Source of the DNA: Solirubrobacteraceae bacterium
GTDB taxonomy: Bacteria; Actinomycetota; Thermoleophilia; Solirubrobacterales; Solirubrobacteraceae
Reading direction: 5' to 3'
Assembly (NCBI GenBank): GCA_035515315.1
Contig: DATJBO010000072.1
Coordinates: forward strand, 1 to 59,031
Length of the DNA: 59,031 nucleotides
Below, piece after piece: positions 36,789 to 46,173 of this stretch (positions within the stretch are counted from its first letter, which is position 1; each line of letters starts with the position of its first letter). The notes beneath the pieces are model-generated. The model saw nothing but the letters and a program-made list of their open reading frames with translations, was not told the DNA's origin and ran no database searches. The translations under genes were made by a program, and so were the position numbers.

Positions 36789-38645
36789 ATGCTCAAGACC
36801 GCAGTCATCGTCGTGGCGATCGTCGCCCTGGGCTGGGGGGCTGCCGCGCTCATCACCGGCTCGGCCGGCCTCGGCCTCGAATCGGACGCGGCCGGCGCCC
36901 CCGAGTGCCTGCCCGCCGCACCGGTGGGCCCCGCCGAGGTGGCCGGGGTCCGGGTGTCCCCGGCCCCGGGCAGCGCAGCTGCCAACCCGCACACCGCGAT
37001 CAGCCTGCTGGGAGCAAAGCCCGGCGAGATCACCAAGGTGAGCGTCGAAGGCTCGAGCAGCGGCCGTCACGGCGGACGGCTACTGGCCTACTCCCAGGGC
37101 GACGGCGCGAGCTTCGTGCCCGACGGCCCGTTCCGGGCGGGCGAGCGCGTGAGGGTGAAAGCGACACTCGCCCGGCCCTCCGCGAGGGCGGTCGACTTCA
37201 GCTTCCGCATCGACACGCCGGTGCAGACCGACACGATCTCCTCGTTCCCCAATCCGGGCGCGGCCCGGGCGGACGTGCAGAGCTTCTACACGCTCCCCGG
37301 TGCGCACCCGCCGGCGCTCACCGTCACCACGCCCGACCACGACCCCCGGGCCGGGGACGTCCTCACGACCAACGGCCCGGGCCCCGGCCAGTACGGGCCC
37401 CTGATCTACGCCCCCGACGGCCGGCTCGTGTGGTTCCAGCCGCTGTCGGGCGGCCAGGTCGCGGAGAACCTCAGTGAGCAGACGTTCGAGGGGCAGCGAG
37501 ACCTCACCTGGTGGAAGGGCCGGGTGCTGTCACTCGGCTTCGGCCAGGGCGAAGACATCGTGATGGACTCCCACTACCGGGTCGTGGCGCGGGTGCACGG
37601 TGGGAACGGCCTGCGGGCCGACCTGCACGACTTCCAGATCGTCGCGGGCAACGTCGCCTACATCACGGCCTTCAACCCGATCCGCTGCGACCTGCGGGCG
37701 GCGAAGGGGCCGGGGGACGGCGCGATTGTCGACACGGCCATCCAGCAGGTCGACATGAGCACGGGACTCGTGCGCTGGGAATGGCACAGCCTCGACCACG
37801 TCGCAGCGGACGAGTCCGAAGTCGAAACCCCCAAGGACTCGACCCCGTGGGACTACTTCCACCTCAACTCGATCGACCCGCTGACGGGCGGCGACCTGCT
37901 GATCTCCGCGCGCAGCACGTGGGCTGCCTACCGGGTCCAGGCGGGCACCGGCCGCATCCTCTGGCGCCTCGGCGGCACAGACAGCTCCTTCAAGATGGGC
38001 CCGGGCACGCGGATGGCCTGGCAGCACGACGGGCGCATGCTCCCCGACGGGGAGCTGACGTTCTTCGACGACGGGTCAAACCCGCCCATCCACCACCAGT
38101 CCCGCGGCCTGCGCATCGCCCTCGACACGACCCACAAGGTCGCCCGGCTGCTGTTCGCCTACACCCACCGCGATCCGCCCCTGCTGGCCGCAAGCCAGGG
38201 CAACATGCAGACGCTCCCCGACGGGAACGCCCTCGTGGGCTACGGCGGGGTGCCGGCGATCAGCGAGTACGCCCGTGACGGCGCGCTGCTGTTCGACGCG
38301 CACATGCCCTTCGACATGGCCTTCTACCGTGCCTTCCGGTTCCCCTGGCAGGGCACGCCCCTGACGCCTCCGGCGGTCGCCGCCAGCGTCAACAACACCG
38401 GCGAAGAGACGATCGTCCACGCCAGCTGGAACGGCGCCACGGGCGTGGCCTCGTGGCGCGTGCTGGCGGGCTCTGCCCCCGGATCGCTGAAGGCCCGCAG
38501 CGAGATCCCCTCGGCGGGCTTCGAGAGCTCGCTCACGCTGCCCGAGCGCTACGCCTACGTCGAGGTCCAGCCGCTCGATGCCTCCGGCCGAACGCTCGCG
38601 AGCTCGAGCCCGGTGCGCGTGGGCACCTACAGCTCCTCGCTCTGA
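36789..38645 (+). CDS. Secreted/anchored arylsulfotransferase (ASST) family beta-propeller
   Basis: Signal sequence; LHDF, WDYFHLNSI, ISARS, WQHD, FFDDG, SQGNMQTLPDGN, SWNGAT. Confidence 0.88.
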   Translation: MLKTAVIVVAIVALGWGAAALITGSAGLGLESDAAGAPECLPAAPVGPAEVAGVRVSPAPGSAAANPHTAISLLGAKPGEITKVSVEGSSSGRHGGRLLAYSQGDGASFVPDGPFRAGERVRVKATLARPSARAVDFSFRIDTPVQTDTISSFPNPGAARADVQSFYTLPGAHPPALTVTTPDHDPRAGDVLTTNGPGPGQYGPLIYAPDGRLVWFQPLSGGQVAENLSEQTFEGQRDLTWWKGRVLSLGFGQGEDIVMDSHYRVVARVHGGNGLRADLHDFQIVAGNVAYITAFNPIRCDLRAAKGPGDGAIVDTAIQQVDMSTGLVRWEWHSLDHVAADESEVETPKDSTPWDYFHLNSIDPLTGGDLLISARSTWAAYRVQAGTGRILWRLGGTDSSFKMGPGTRMAWQHDGRMLPDGELTFFDDGSNPPIHHQSRGLRIALDTTHKVARLLFAYTHRDPPLLAASQGNMQTLPDGNALVGYGGVPAISEYARDGALLFDAHMPFDMAFYRAFRFPWQGTPLTPPAVAASVNNTGEETIVHASWNGATGVASWRVLAGSAPGSLKARSEIPSAGFESSLTLPERYAYVEVQPLDASGRTLASSSPVRVGTYSSSL

Positions 38646-38748
38646 GGCCTTCACCGCGTGCCCCGAACGGGCCCCGGCCGGCGCCGCGTGCGCCTCGCAC
38701 CGGGCCCGGCGCTCGCCTCGGGCCTCCCCCCGCCGCCCCCGCCCCGAC

Positions 38749-38925
38749 CTAGTAGGCCGGTTTCGAGGAGTGGCCTTTGTGGGTCGTGGTCGTCGGCGTC
38801 GTGGTCTGTTTGGTCGACGGGTTGCTCGTCGAGGAGCTGCTTTTTCCGCCGCAGGCAGCGAGCGCGATGGTGATCGAAAGCGCTGCCAGGATCGTTAGCA
38901 TGGCGGTCAGTGGCAATCTGCGCAT
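38749..38925 (-). CDS. Small Ser/Thr-rich lipoprotein
   Basis: Basic N-terminus, hydrophobic core, lipobox LAAC, then SSSSTS..TTTPTTTT; alternative start 38940. Confidence 0.7.
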   Translation of the reverse strand: MRRLPLTAMLTILAALSITIALAACGGKSSSSTSNPSTKQTTTPTTTTHKGHSSKPAY

Positions 38926-39010
38926 CGGCCGGGCTCCCATCGTCGTCCGAGGGCTCGGGAGCCCACCCTACCAGGCGCCTGCCGCGCCCTCGCCGGCACT
39001 TCCAGCAGCG

Positions 39011-41971
39011 ATGAGCGTCGACACCGCGCCAACCCCCAGGGCACCCGAGCTGCCCCCGCAGGACAGCGCCCGCGGCGCCCGCTCCGGGTGGCTGCTGGCC
39101 GTCTGCTGCGTGGCCCAGTTCATGGTGATCCTCGACCTGAGCATCGTCAACGTGGCGCTGCCGCACATCCAGTCGAGCCTCGGCTTCTCGAATCCGGCGC
39201 TGCAGTGGGTCGTCGACGCGTACGCGATCACGTTCGCCGGCTTCCTGATCCTCGGGGGGCGCGCCGCCGACCACTTCGGGCAGCGACGGACCTTCGTCGT
39301 GGCGCTGCTGCTGTTCGGAGTCGCCTCGCTGTTCGGGGGGGCCGCTCCGAGCCAGGGGGTGCTCGTCGGGGCCCGCGCCCTGCAGGGGTTCGCCGGCGCG
39401 CTGATGGCGGCCTGCTCGCTGGCGATCATCACGGCCTCGTTCGCGCCGGGCCCCCAGCTGAACCGTGCGATCGGGATCTGGGCGGCGATGAACGGCCTCG
39501 GCGGTGCGGCCGGGGTGCTGCTCGGCGGGATCATCACCGAATTCCTCAGCTGGCGGTGGGTGCTGCTGATCAATCCCCCGATCGCAATCGCAGCGGCGCT
39601 CGTGGCCTACGCGGTGGTGGCCGAACGCCGCGGCACGCGGGGCGAGGTCCCGTTCGACCTGGCCGGTGCGCTGACGCTGACGCTCGGGCAGATGGTGCTC
39701 GTGTACGGGGTCGTGGAAGCGGGCCTGAAGGGCTGGAGCACGTTCGCGGCGCTCGGGCCGATCGCGCTCGGCGTCCTGCTGCTGGTCGCGTTCGGCGCGG
39801 TCGAGACCCGCGCGAAGGCGCCGCTGATCCCCTTCAAGGAGCTGACCCAGACGCTCAAGAACGCCAACACGATCGTGCTCCTGTTCAGCGCCGCGCTGTT
39901 CCCGATGTGGATCCTGAGCACGCTGTACCTGCAGCAGGTGCTGGGGCTCTCGCCGCTCCACACCGGCCTGATCTTCCTGCCGATGACGCTCACGATCATG
40001 ATCGTCGCCCGCAGTGCCGGGCGGCTGGTGAGCGAGGTCGGCGTGCGCGCGGTGCTCGGCAGCGGGCTGATCCTGATGACCGTCGGGATGCTGCTGTTCA
40101 CGCGGATCGCCCCCAGCGGCAGCGGGATCGTGTACGTGATGATCCCCGGGATCCTGACGGCGGCCGGCATCGCGCTGTCGATCGTGCCCTCCACGATTGC
40201 CGCCACCCAGGGCGCCGAGGCGGGGCAGACGGGGCTCGCCTCCGGGCTCGTGAACACCTCGCGCCAGGTCGGGGGCGGCCTCGGCCTCGCGGTGCTGATC
40301 ACGCTCGCCACGCAGCGGACGAGCAACCTGATCGGCACGGGCGAGCAGGTCCCCGAAGCGCTCACCCACGGCTTCCGCCTGGCATACCTGATCGGGGCGA
40401 TCCTGTGTGGGGCCGCTGCGCTGATGACCTTCCTGACGCTCCCCCGCGCGGAGCCCGCGGCCCGCGTCGCCCGCCGCGCCGCGCCACCGGTGGCGGGGGT
40501 GCTGGCGCTGTTCCTCGGGCTGACCGCCGCCTTTGCGGGCAACAAAGGCGCCCCGCTCGGGCACTACACCACCGATGGCGCCTACAGCTACGTGTCCGCC
40601 CCCTCGCTGCACCCGCCGCAGATCCGGATCGGGACGCACGCGCCTGCCTCGCAGCTGGCGCCCGGATACATCTTCACGGCCAACTTCTACGACCTCAACG
40701 AACCGCCGATCATCGGCCAGAGCGGTCCCCTGATCCTGGATCGCCAGCTGCAACCAGTGTGGTTCCAGCCCGTCCCCGAAAAGCTCGTGGCGGCCAACCT
40801 CAGCCAGCAGAGCTACCACGGCAAGCCGGCGCTCACCTGGTGGCAGGGCAAGGTGACGAACACGGGCGCGACCGAAAGCGGCGAAGACGTGGTCGTCAAC
40901 CAGCACTACCAGACCGTGGCCCGGGTCAGGGGCACCGGAGGCTGGGTGCTGACCGTGCACGAGTTCCTGGTCGAAGGCGATCGCGCGTGGGTCACGGCCA
41001 ACAAGAACCTGCCGATGGACCTGTCGAAGTACGGCGGCGCCTACAACGGCACGCTGATCGACTCGGCCGTCCAGGAGTACGACCTGCGAACGGGCAAGCT
41101 GCTGCTCAACTGGGACGCCCTGAAGCACATCCCGCTGAGCCAGTCGCGGGCGTCGTTGCCGACCAACGGGTTCCCGTGGGATGCCTACCACGTCAACTCG
41201 ATCCAGCTCGTGGGACCCGAGACCTTCCTGGTTTCGATGCGCGACACGTGGGCGGCCTACCTGGTCAACGCCCGCACCGGCGCGATCGAGTGGACGCTCG
41301 GGGGACGGCACTCGGACTTCAAGTTCGGCCACCAAGCGACCTTCGAATGGCAGCACGACGTGCGGATGCAGCCAAACTCGACGATCACGATGTTCGACGA
41401 CCACTGCTGCCAGCTGACGGGCGGCGGCTCGCAGGTCGAAGCCACGGCTCCTTCTCGGGGGCTCGCCCTGAAGCTCGACCAGGCCACGCACACGGCGACG
41501 TTCGTCGCGGACTACGGAACGGAGCAGAAGATCGAATCCGCCTACATGGGCGACACGCAGCCGCTCCCCAACGGCAACGTGTTCGTCGGCTGGGGCTCGG
41601 AACCGTACTTCTCGGAGTACAGCCGCTCGGGGAAGCTGCTGTTCGAAGGCGAATTCCCCGGGCCGGACCTCAGCTACCGGGCCACGGTCGGGTCGTGGGT
41701 CGGCCTGCCGCTGACCCACCCGGCCGGCGCGGCGCGGCGCGAGGGGGGGACGACCACGGTGTACGCGAGCTGGAACGGCGCCACCCAGGCCTCGGCGTGG
41801 AGGGTGCTCGCCGCCGCCACGCCGGGAGGGCAGATGAAGGTGCTCGTGTCCCGGCATCCGAAGTCCGGGTTCGAGACCTCGATGGCGGTGCCCACCGGCT
41901 ACCAGAGCTTCGAGGTCCAGGCGCTCGACGCCGCCGGGCACGTGCTCGGCACCTCCGCCGCGTTCAGCTGA
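39011..41971 (+). CDS. DHA2 (EmrB/QacA) MFS transporter fused to a C-terminal arylsulfotransferase domain
   Basis: QFMVILDLSIVNVALP, GGRAADHFGQRR, WRWVLLINPP, NTSRQVGG, then an extra TM and VHEF, WDAYHVNSI, SMRD, WQHD, MGDTQPLPNGN, SWNGAT in one frame. Confidence 0.9.
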   Translation: MSVDTAPTPRAPELPPQDSARGARSGWLLAVCCVAQFMVILDLSIVNVALPHIQSSLGFSNPALQWVVDAYAITFAGFLILGGRAADHFGQRRTFVVALLLFGVASLFGGAAPSQGVLVGARALQGFAGALMAACSLAIITASFAPGPQLNRAIGIWAAMNGLGGAAGVLLGGIITEFLSWRWVLLINPPIAIAAALVAYAVVAERRGTRGEVPFDLAGALTLTLGQMVLVYGVVEAGLKGWSTFAALGPIALGVLLLVAFGAVETRAKAPLIPFKELTQTLKNANTIVLLFSAALFPMWILSTLYLQQVLGLSPLHTGLIFLPMTLTIMIVARSAGRLVSEVGVRAVLGSGLILMTVGMLLFTRIAPSGSGIVYVMIPGILTAAGIALSIVPSTIAATQGAEAGQTGLASGLVNTSRQVGGGLGLAVLITLATQRTSNLIGTGEQVPEALTHGFRLAYLIGAILCGAAALMTFLTLPRAEPAARVARRAAPPVAGVLALFLGLTAAFAGNKGAPLGHYTTDGAYSYVSAPSLHPPQIRIGTHAPASQLAPGYIFTANFYDLNEPPIIGQSGPLILDRQLQPVWFQPVPEKLVAANLSQQSYHGKPALTWWQGKVTNTGATESGEDVVVNQHYQTVARVRGTGGWVLTVHEFLVEGDRAWVTANKNLPMDLSKYGGAYNGTLIDSAVQEYDLRTGKLLLNWDALKHIPLSQSRASLPTNGFPWDAYHVNSIQLVGPETFLVSMRDTWAAYLVNARTGAIEWTLGGRHSDFKFGHQATFEWQHDVRMQPNSTITMFDDHCCQLTGGGSQVEATAPSRGLALKLDQATHTATFVADYGTEQKIESAYMGDTQPLPNGNVFVGWGSEPYFSEYSRSGKLLFEGEFPGPDLSYRATVGSWVGLPLTHPAGAARREGGTTTVYASWNGATQASAWRVLAAATPGGQMKVLVSRHPKSGFETSMAVPTGYQSFEVQALDAAGHVLGTSAAFS

Positions 41972-42081
41972 GGGCGGCGGTCGCCGCCGGGGGAGCCTGC
42001 CCGTCGTCGCCGGCGGGCGAGGCCGCGCGCAAAGTGCGCGAAGTGCGCGGTCGACCGTGCGCCGCGAGTGCCGCGAACGGG

Positions 42082-43647
42082 CTACGCGGCTGCTGCGACG
42101 ACGGGATCTGCGGCACTCGCCGACGGGAGCGCGAAGTCGATCTCGTCGTCGACGGGGCCGTGGCGGAGCAGGCGGATGTCCCGGATGTAGTTCTGGTGAA
42201 GCCGCCACGGCAGCGTGCCCGCCTGTTTGGGCAGCGCGTCCGCCGATCGCAGCACGTAGCCCGATTTGAGGTCGAGGATCGGATACTGCGGGAGGCCCGG
42301 CCGCGGGCTGCGCGGCACGCACACCGGCCTGCCCGTGGCGCGCATGTGCGCCAGCAGCCGGCACACGTACTCGGCTACGAGGTCGGCCTTCAGCGTCCAG
42401 GAGGCGTTGGTGTAGCCGACCGTGAAGGCGAGGTTGGGGATCCCGCACAGCATCATGCCCTTGTAGGCGATCGTGGAGCCGACCTCGACGGGCTCTCCGT
42501 CGAGGTCGAGCTCGAGGCCCCCCAGCATCATCAGCCGCAGGCCGGTGGCCGTCACGACGATGTCCGCCGCCAGCTCGGTGCCGTCGGCGAGGCGGACGCC
42601 GTCCGGCGTGAAGCGCTCGAGCGTGGCCGTCACGATCGAGGCGCCCCCCTCGCGCAGGGCCTGGAAGAAGTCGCCGTCGGCGGCGAGGCACACGCGCTGG
42701 TCCCAGGGGTTGTAGGTGGGGGAGAGGTGCGTGTCGACGTCGAAGTCCTCGGGCAGCTCGGCGGCGGCCATCCGCTGGAAGCGGGAGCGCATCAGGCCGG
42801 GCGCCCGCCGGCACAGCTGGAAGATGAGGATCATCATCAGCACGTTGCGCCAGCGCACCAGCGCGTAGGCGCGCCGCGGCGAGATCCACCGCCCGAGCAC
42901 GCCCGCCAGGCGGTCGCGCGCGGGGATCGGGACGATGTAGGTGGGCGAGCGCTGCAGCATCGTCACGTGCTCGGCGCCCTCGGCCACCAGCGAGGGGACC
43001 AGCGTGACGGCGGTGGCACCCGAGCCGATCACCACGATCCGGCGCCCGCTGCAGTCGAGCTCCGCGGGCCATTGCTGCGGGTGCACGATCTGGCCGGAGA
43101 AGTCCTCGCTGCCGGGGAAGGCCGGGTTGTGGCCCCCGTCGTAGCGGTAGTAGCCGGTGCACATGTAGAGGAAGTCGCAGGTGAGCCTCACCTCCTCGCC
43201 GGTGTCGGTGCGCTGCGCGATCACCGTCCAGCGGGCTCGCTCGGAGCACCAGCTGGCGCGGATCCCGCGGTGTCGGAAGCGGATCAGCTGCTCGATCCCG
43301 TGGGCACGGGCGGTGTCGCGCACGTAGGCGAGGATCGACGGCCCGTCGGCGATCCCGCGGGCGTCCTCCCAGGGCCGGAACGAGTAGCCCATCGTGAACA
43401 TGTCCGAATCCGAGCGGATGCCCGGGTAGCGGAACAGGTCCCAGGTGCCCCCGATCGACTCGCGCGCCTCGAGGATCGCCAGCGAGCGGCCGGGGAAGGC
43501 GCGGCGCAGGTGGCAGGCGGCGCCGATCCCCGACAGGCCTGCCCCGAGGATCAGGACGTCGAGGTGCTCCTCGCCCGCGGGGATGTGGGCTTGGGAGTTG
43601 CGGACCGCGGGGCTGCGGACCTCGGGCGGCTCGCTGTGCGCTGCCAC
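42082..43647 (-). CDS. Flavin-containing/Baeyer-Villiger monooxygenase (EthA-like)
   Basis: GAGLSG, GGTWDLFRYPGIRSDSD, FSGQIVHPQQWP, GSGATAVT, GYTNASWTLK. Confidence 0.92.
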   Translation of the reverse strand: MAAHSEPPEVRSPAVRNSQAHIPAGEEHLDVLILGAGLSGIGAACHLRRAFPGRSLAILEARESIGGTWDLFRYPGIRSDSDMFTMGYSFRPWEDARGIADGPSILAYVRDTARAHGIEQLIRFRHRGIRASWCSERARWTVIAQRTDTGEEVRLTCDFLYMCTGYYRYDGGHNPAFPGSEDFSGQIVHPQQWPAELDCSGRRIVVIGSGATAVTLVPSLVAEGAEHVTMLQRSPTYIVPIPARDRLAGVLGRWISPRRAYALVRWRNVLMMILIFQLCRRAPGLMRSRFQRMAAAELPEDFDVDTHLSPTYNPWDQRVCLAADGDFFQALREGGASIVTATLERFTPDGVRLADGTELAADIVVTATGLRLMMLGGLELDLDGEPVEVGSTIAYKGMMLCGIPNLAFTVGYTNASWTLKADLVAEYVCRLLAHMRATGRPVCVPRSPRPGLPQYPILDLKSGYVLRSADALPKQAGTLPWRLHQNYIRDIRLLRHGPVDDEIDFALPSASAADPVVAAAA

Positions 43648-43658
43648 GAGGGCTTCTT

Positions 43659-44090
43659 CTACCAGCCGCGGCGACCGAGCGCGCGTGTGAGCCTTCGCGA
43701 CAGCACCGCGTGCCACGCGAGCACCGCGGTGCTCGGCAGCAGCACCACGGCCGGCCAGAAGGTGCCCTCGCCGGTGAGAGCCCAGACTCCGAGCACGATC
43801 GCGTTGAGCGTCGCGTACGTGGCCACGTGGAACCTGAGGACCGTCGACTGCAGGCGGCGCATCCGCCGCACGGCCAGCCAGCGCATCGCCTGCAGCGGCA
43901 TCGCCCACAGGAAGGCCAGGACCTCGCTGCGCCTGGCGCTCGTGTACACCCGCTCGACCAGCACCTCGAGCTCCTCGGTGCTGAGGCGGCCTTCGCTGTA
44001 GCGCAGCTTCAGGGCGGCGAGCGCCCGCTCGCGCTCGGACGCGGACGGCCGGCTTCCGAGTGGTGCCCGGTGCATCGACGCGAACATCAC
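43659..44090 (-). CDS. DUF1707 (SHOCT-like) plus 2TM domain protein
   Basis: RPSASERERA...YSEGRLSTEEL; H..TY..LN..W..TG.GTFWP. Confidence 0.75.
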   Translation of the reverse strand: MMFASMHRAPLGSRPSASERERALAALKLRYSEGRLSTEELEVLVERVYTSARRSEVLAFLWAMPLQAMRWLAVRRMRRLQSTVLRFHVATYATLNAIVLGVWALTGEGTFWPAVVLLPSTAVLAWHAVLSRRLTRALGRRGW

Positions 44091-44189
44091 CCCTGCAGTA
44101 TGCCGCGCGGGCGGCTGACCCCGACGCTAGGCTCCGACTCGCGCGGACGCAGCGGCCTTCACGCCGATCGGAGAATCCAGGAGGAGTCA

Positions 44190-44567
44190 ATGGCAGAGCA
44201 GGTAGTGCCCAGCACCGACCCGCGCGAGCTGCTGGCGGGGCTCCCGCCCGACGAGCCGGTCGTGATGATCAACCTGTTGCAGTTCAAGCATCCGGATGGC
44301 GCCGAGCACTACCGGCTCTACGCGCGCGGCGTGGTTCGCCACCTGGAGTCCGTGCGCGGGCGGGTGCTGTACTCGGGTGGCGCCAGGGCGTTCGTGATCG
44401 GCGAGGGCGAGCGGCCGTGGTGGGACGCCATCCTCGTGGTGGAGTACCCCAGCCCGGGGGCGTTCCTGAAGATGGTCGCCGACGAGGACTACCTGGAGGT
44501 TCACAAGCACCGCGAGGCCGCTCTCGATCGCGCCGAGCTGATCGCCACCAACCGCTGGCTGGGCTGA
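44190..44567 (+). CDS. DUF1330 family protein
   Basis: PVVMINLLQF, WDAILVVEYPS..AF, HREAAL; AGGAGG RBS. Confidence 0.85.
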   Translation: MAEQVVPSTDPRELLAGLPPDEPVVMINLLQFKHPDGAEHYRLYARGVVRHLESVRGRVLYSGGARAFVIGEGERPWWDAILVVEYPSPGAFLKMVADEDYLEVHKHREAALDRAELIATNRWLG

Positions 44568-44612
44568 TCGCACCGGCTACCGCATCGGGTGATGCGGGCG
44601 GCTGCCCGGTCC

Positions 44613-45029
44613 TCACTCGAGGAAGTTGACGGCGGCCACCCGCTCCACGGTGATCGCGATGATCACCCGTCCGACGCCGGCGAGTGCCTCGTCGGTCTGG
44701 GGCTCCGGCGGCTCCTCGGTGCCCATGAAGCGCTGCGCGAGGGCGGCGGTCGCGGGACCGATGCCCGCCGTGAGGATGGTGGCGGAGCCGGAGAACGTCG
44801 CGGACGGGAAGGGCCTCACGAACCCCATCACGCACAACGAGGCCCAACCCGTCTTCTGCACGTCGCGAACCTTGAGCCGGTGGGTGACGCTCGAGATCAG
44901 CAGGCGGTCCTCGTCGCGCACGTAGTAGACGACCGACTGCCGGGGCCGGCCATGTGCCGGCTCGGTGAGGAGCACCCCCACGATCTGCGAGTCGAGGAGC
45001 TCCTGCAGCCGCGCGCTCAGAATGCCCAT
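44613..45029 (-). CDS. PPOX-class (probably F420-dependent) split-barrel protein
   Basis: GRPRQSVVYY, LKVRDV..ASLCV pattern; TAGGAT 6 nt before ATG. Confidence 0.75.
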   Translation of the reverse strand: MGILSARLQELLDSQIVGVLLTEPAHGRPRQSVVYYVRDEDRLLISSVTHRLKVRDVQKTGWASLCVMGFVRPFPSATFSGSATILTAGIGPATAALAQRFMGTEEPPEPQTDEALAGVGRVIIAITVERVAAVNFLE

Positions 45030-45038
45030 CGTGGGATC

Positions 45039-45704
45039 CTATGCACCCGCGGCGGCCCATTCGACCCGCGCGCGATCCAGCTCCTGCAGCGAGCCGAGGA
45101 CGTCGTCGGCGAGCTCCAGCTCCCCCGCCGAGGGCGGGAACTCCCGGTTCGGTACCGCGATCACGCTCATCTGGGCCGCCGCCGCGCTGCGGATGCCGTT
45201 GGCCGAGTCCTCCACGGCCACGCACTCCTCGGCAGGGACGTCGAGCTCCCGCGCCGCCTGTAGGTACACGTCGGGCGCGGGCTTGCCGTGCGGCACCTCC
45301 TCGGAGGAGACGGTCGCCGCGAAGCGCTCCCACAGCCCGGAGAGCGACAGCACGAGCTCGATCACCGGGCGGTTCGCCGAGGACGCGAGGCCAAGCGGCC
45401 ACACTTCGCTGAGCGAGTCGACCGCCTCCACGGCCCCCGGGAGCAGCGGCATTTCGTGCCGGTACAGCTCCAGGAGCTTCGAGACGACGATCTCGGAGAT
45501 CCGCTCGGGCGGGAGCTCGACGGCGAGCCGGTCGTGCATGTAGGCCGACCACTCGGTCGAGCTCATGCCCATCATCGCGCGCTGGGCGCCCTCGCTCCAG
45601 TGCCCGCCCTGGGCCAGGGCCACCTCGCGACGGGCCGTGTTCCACACTCCCTCGGAGTCGATCAGCACTCCGTCGAGGTCGAAGACGACGGCCGCGGGTC
45701 TCAC
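45039..45704 (-). CDS. HAD family phosphatase
   Basis: VFDLDGVLIDSE, LASS, GKPAPDVY, VEDSANG. Confidence 0.92.
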   Translation of the reverse strand: MRPAAVVFDLDGVLIDSEGVWNTARREVALAQGGHWSEGAQRAMMGMSSTEWSAYMHDRLAVELPPERISEIVVSKLLELYRHEMPLLPGAVEAVDSLSEVWPLGLASSANRPVIELVLSLSGLWERFAATVSSEEVPHGKPAPDVYLQAARELDVPAEECVAVEDSANGIRSAAAAQMSVIAVPNREFPPSAGELELADDVLGSLQELDRARVEWAAAGA

Positions 45705-45712
45705 GGGCGCAG

Positions 45713-46048
45713 CTAGTCGTCCTGGTCGGTGACGATCGTGCGAGTGTCCACCGGGTGCAGCGTCTCGGCGACGACGTGGAGCCGGTACTCGGAGTCGTGC
45801 ACGAGCAGCGGTGCGATCGTGCGCTGGTAGTCGGCGTAGCCAGGCGAGCCGTAGTGCTGCTCGACCGCCTGCTGGTCGCTCCAGCTCTCGAGGACCACGA
45901 AGTGACCGGGGTCCGCCATCACCTCGGCGAACACGAACCCCAGGCACCCGTCCTGGGCGAGCGCGTGCTCGCGGGCGGCCTGCATCGCCCGCTCGGCCAC
46001 CTGCCGATGGGGGACCTGCACATACACGTCGCCAACCCCGAGGATCAC
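45713..46048 (-). CDS. ABM (antibiotic biosynthesis/quinol monooxygenase-like) protein
   Basis: DGCLGF..DPGHFVVLESW..AVEQH; GAGGAGG RBS. Confidence 0.8.
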   Translation of the reverse strand: MILGVGDVYVQVPHRQVAERAMQAAREHALAQDGCLGFVFAEVMADPGHFVVLESWSDQQAVEQHYGSPGYADYQRTIAPLLVHDSEYRLHVVAETLHPVDTRTIVTDQDD

Positions 46049-46173
46049 CTCCTCGGGAAGTTATCCTGCCGCGGGGGACAGGAGCCTGCCGCGGGGGCAG
46101 CGACGCGGCAGTCGCGCCCGCTTCGAGCCCGGCCTCCGGGGACGCGCTACCCTCCCGCGAACAGGCATCAGTG

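Noticed and set aside
39088-44001. 1637-aa plus-strand ORF and the 1532-aa minus-strand ORF (38651-43249)
   Set aside because: Arg/Pro/Gly-rich shadow frames of the MFS-ASST and monooxygenase genes with no domain motifs; expected in high-GC DNA
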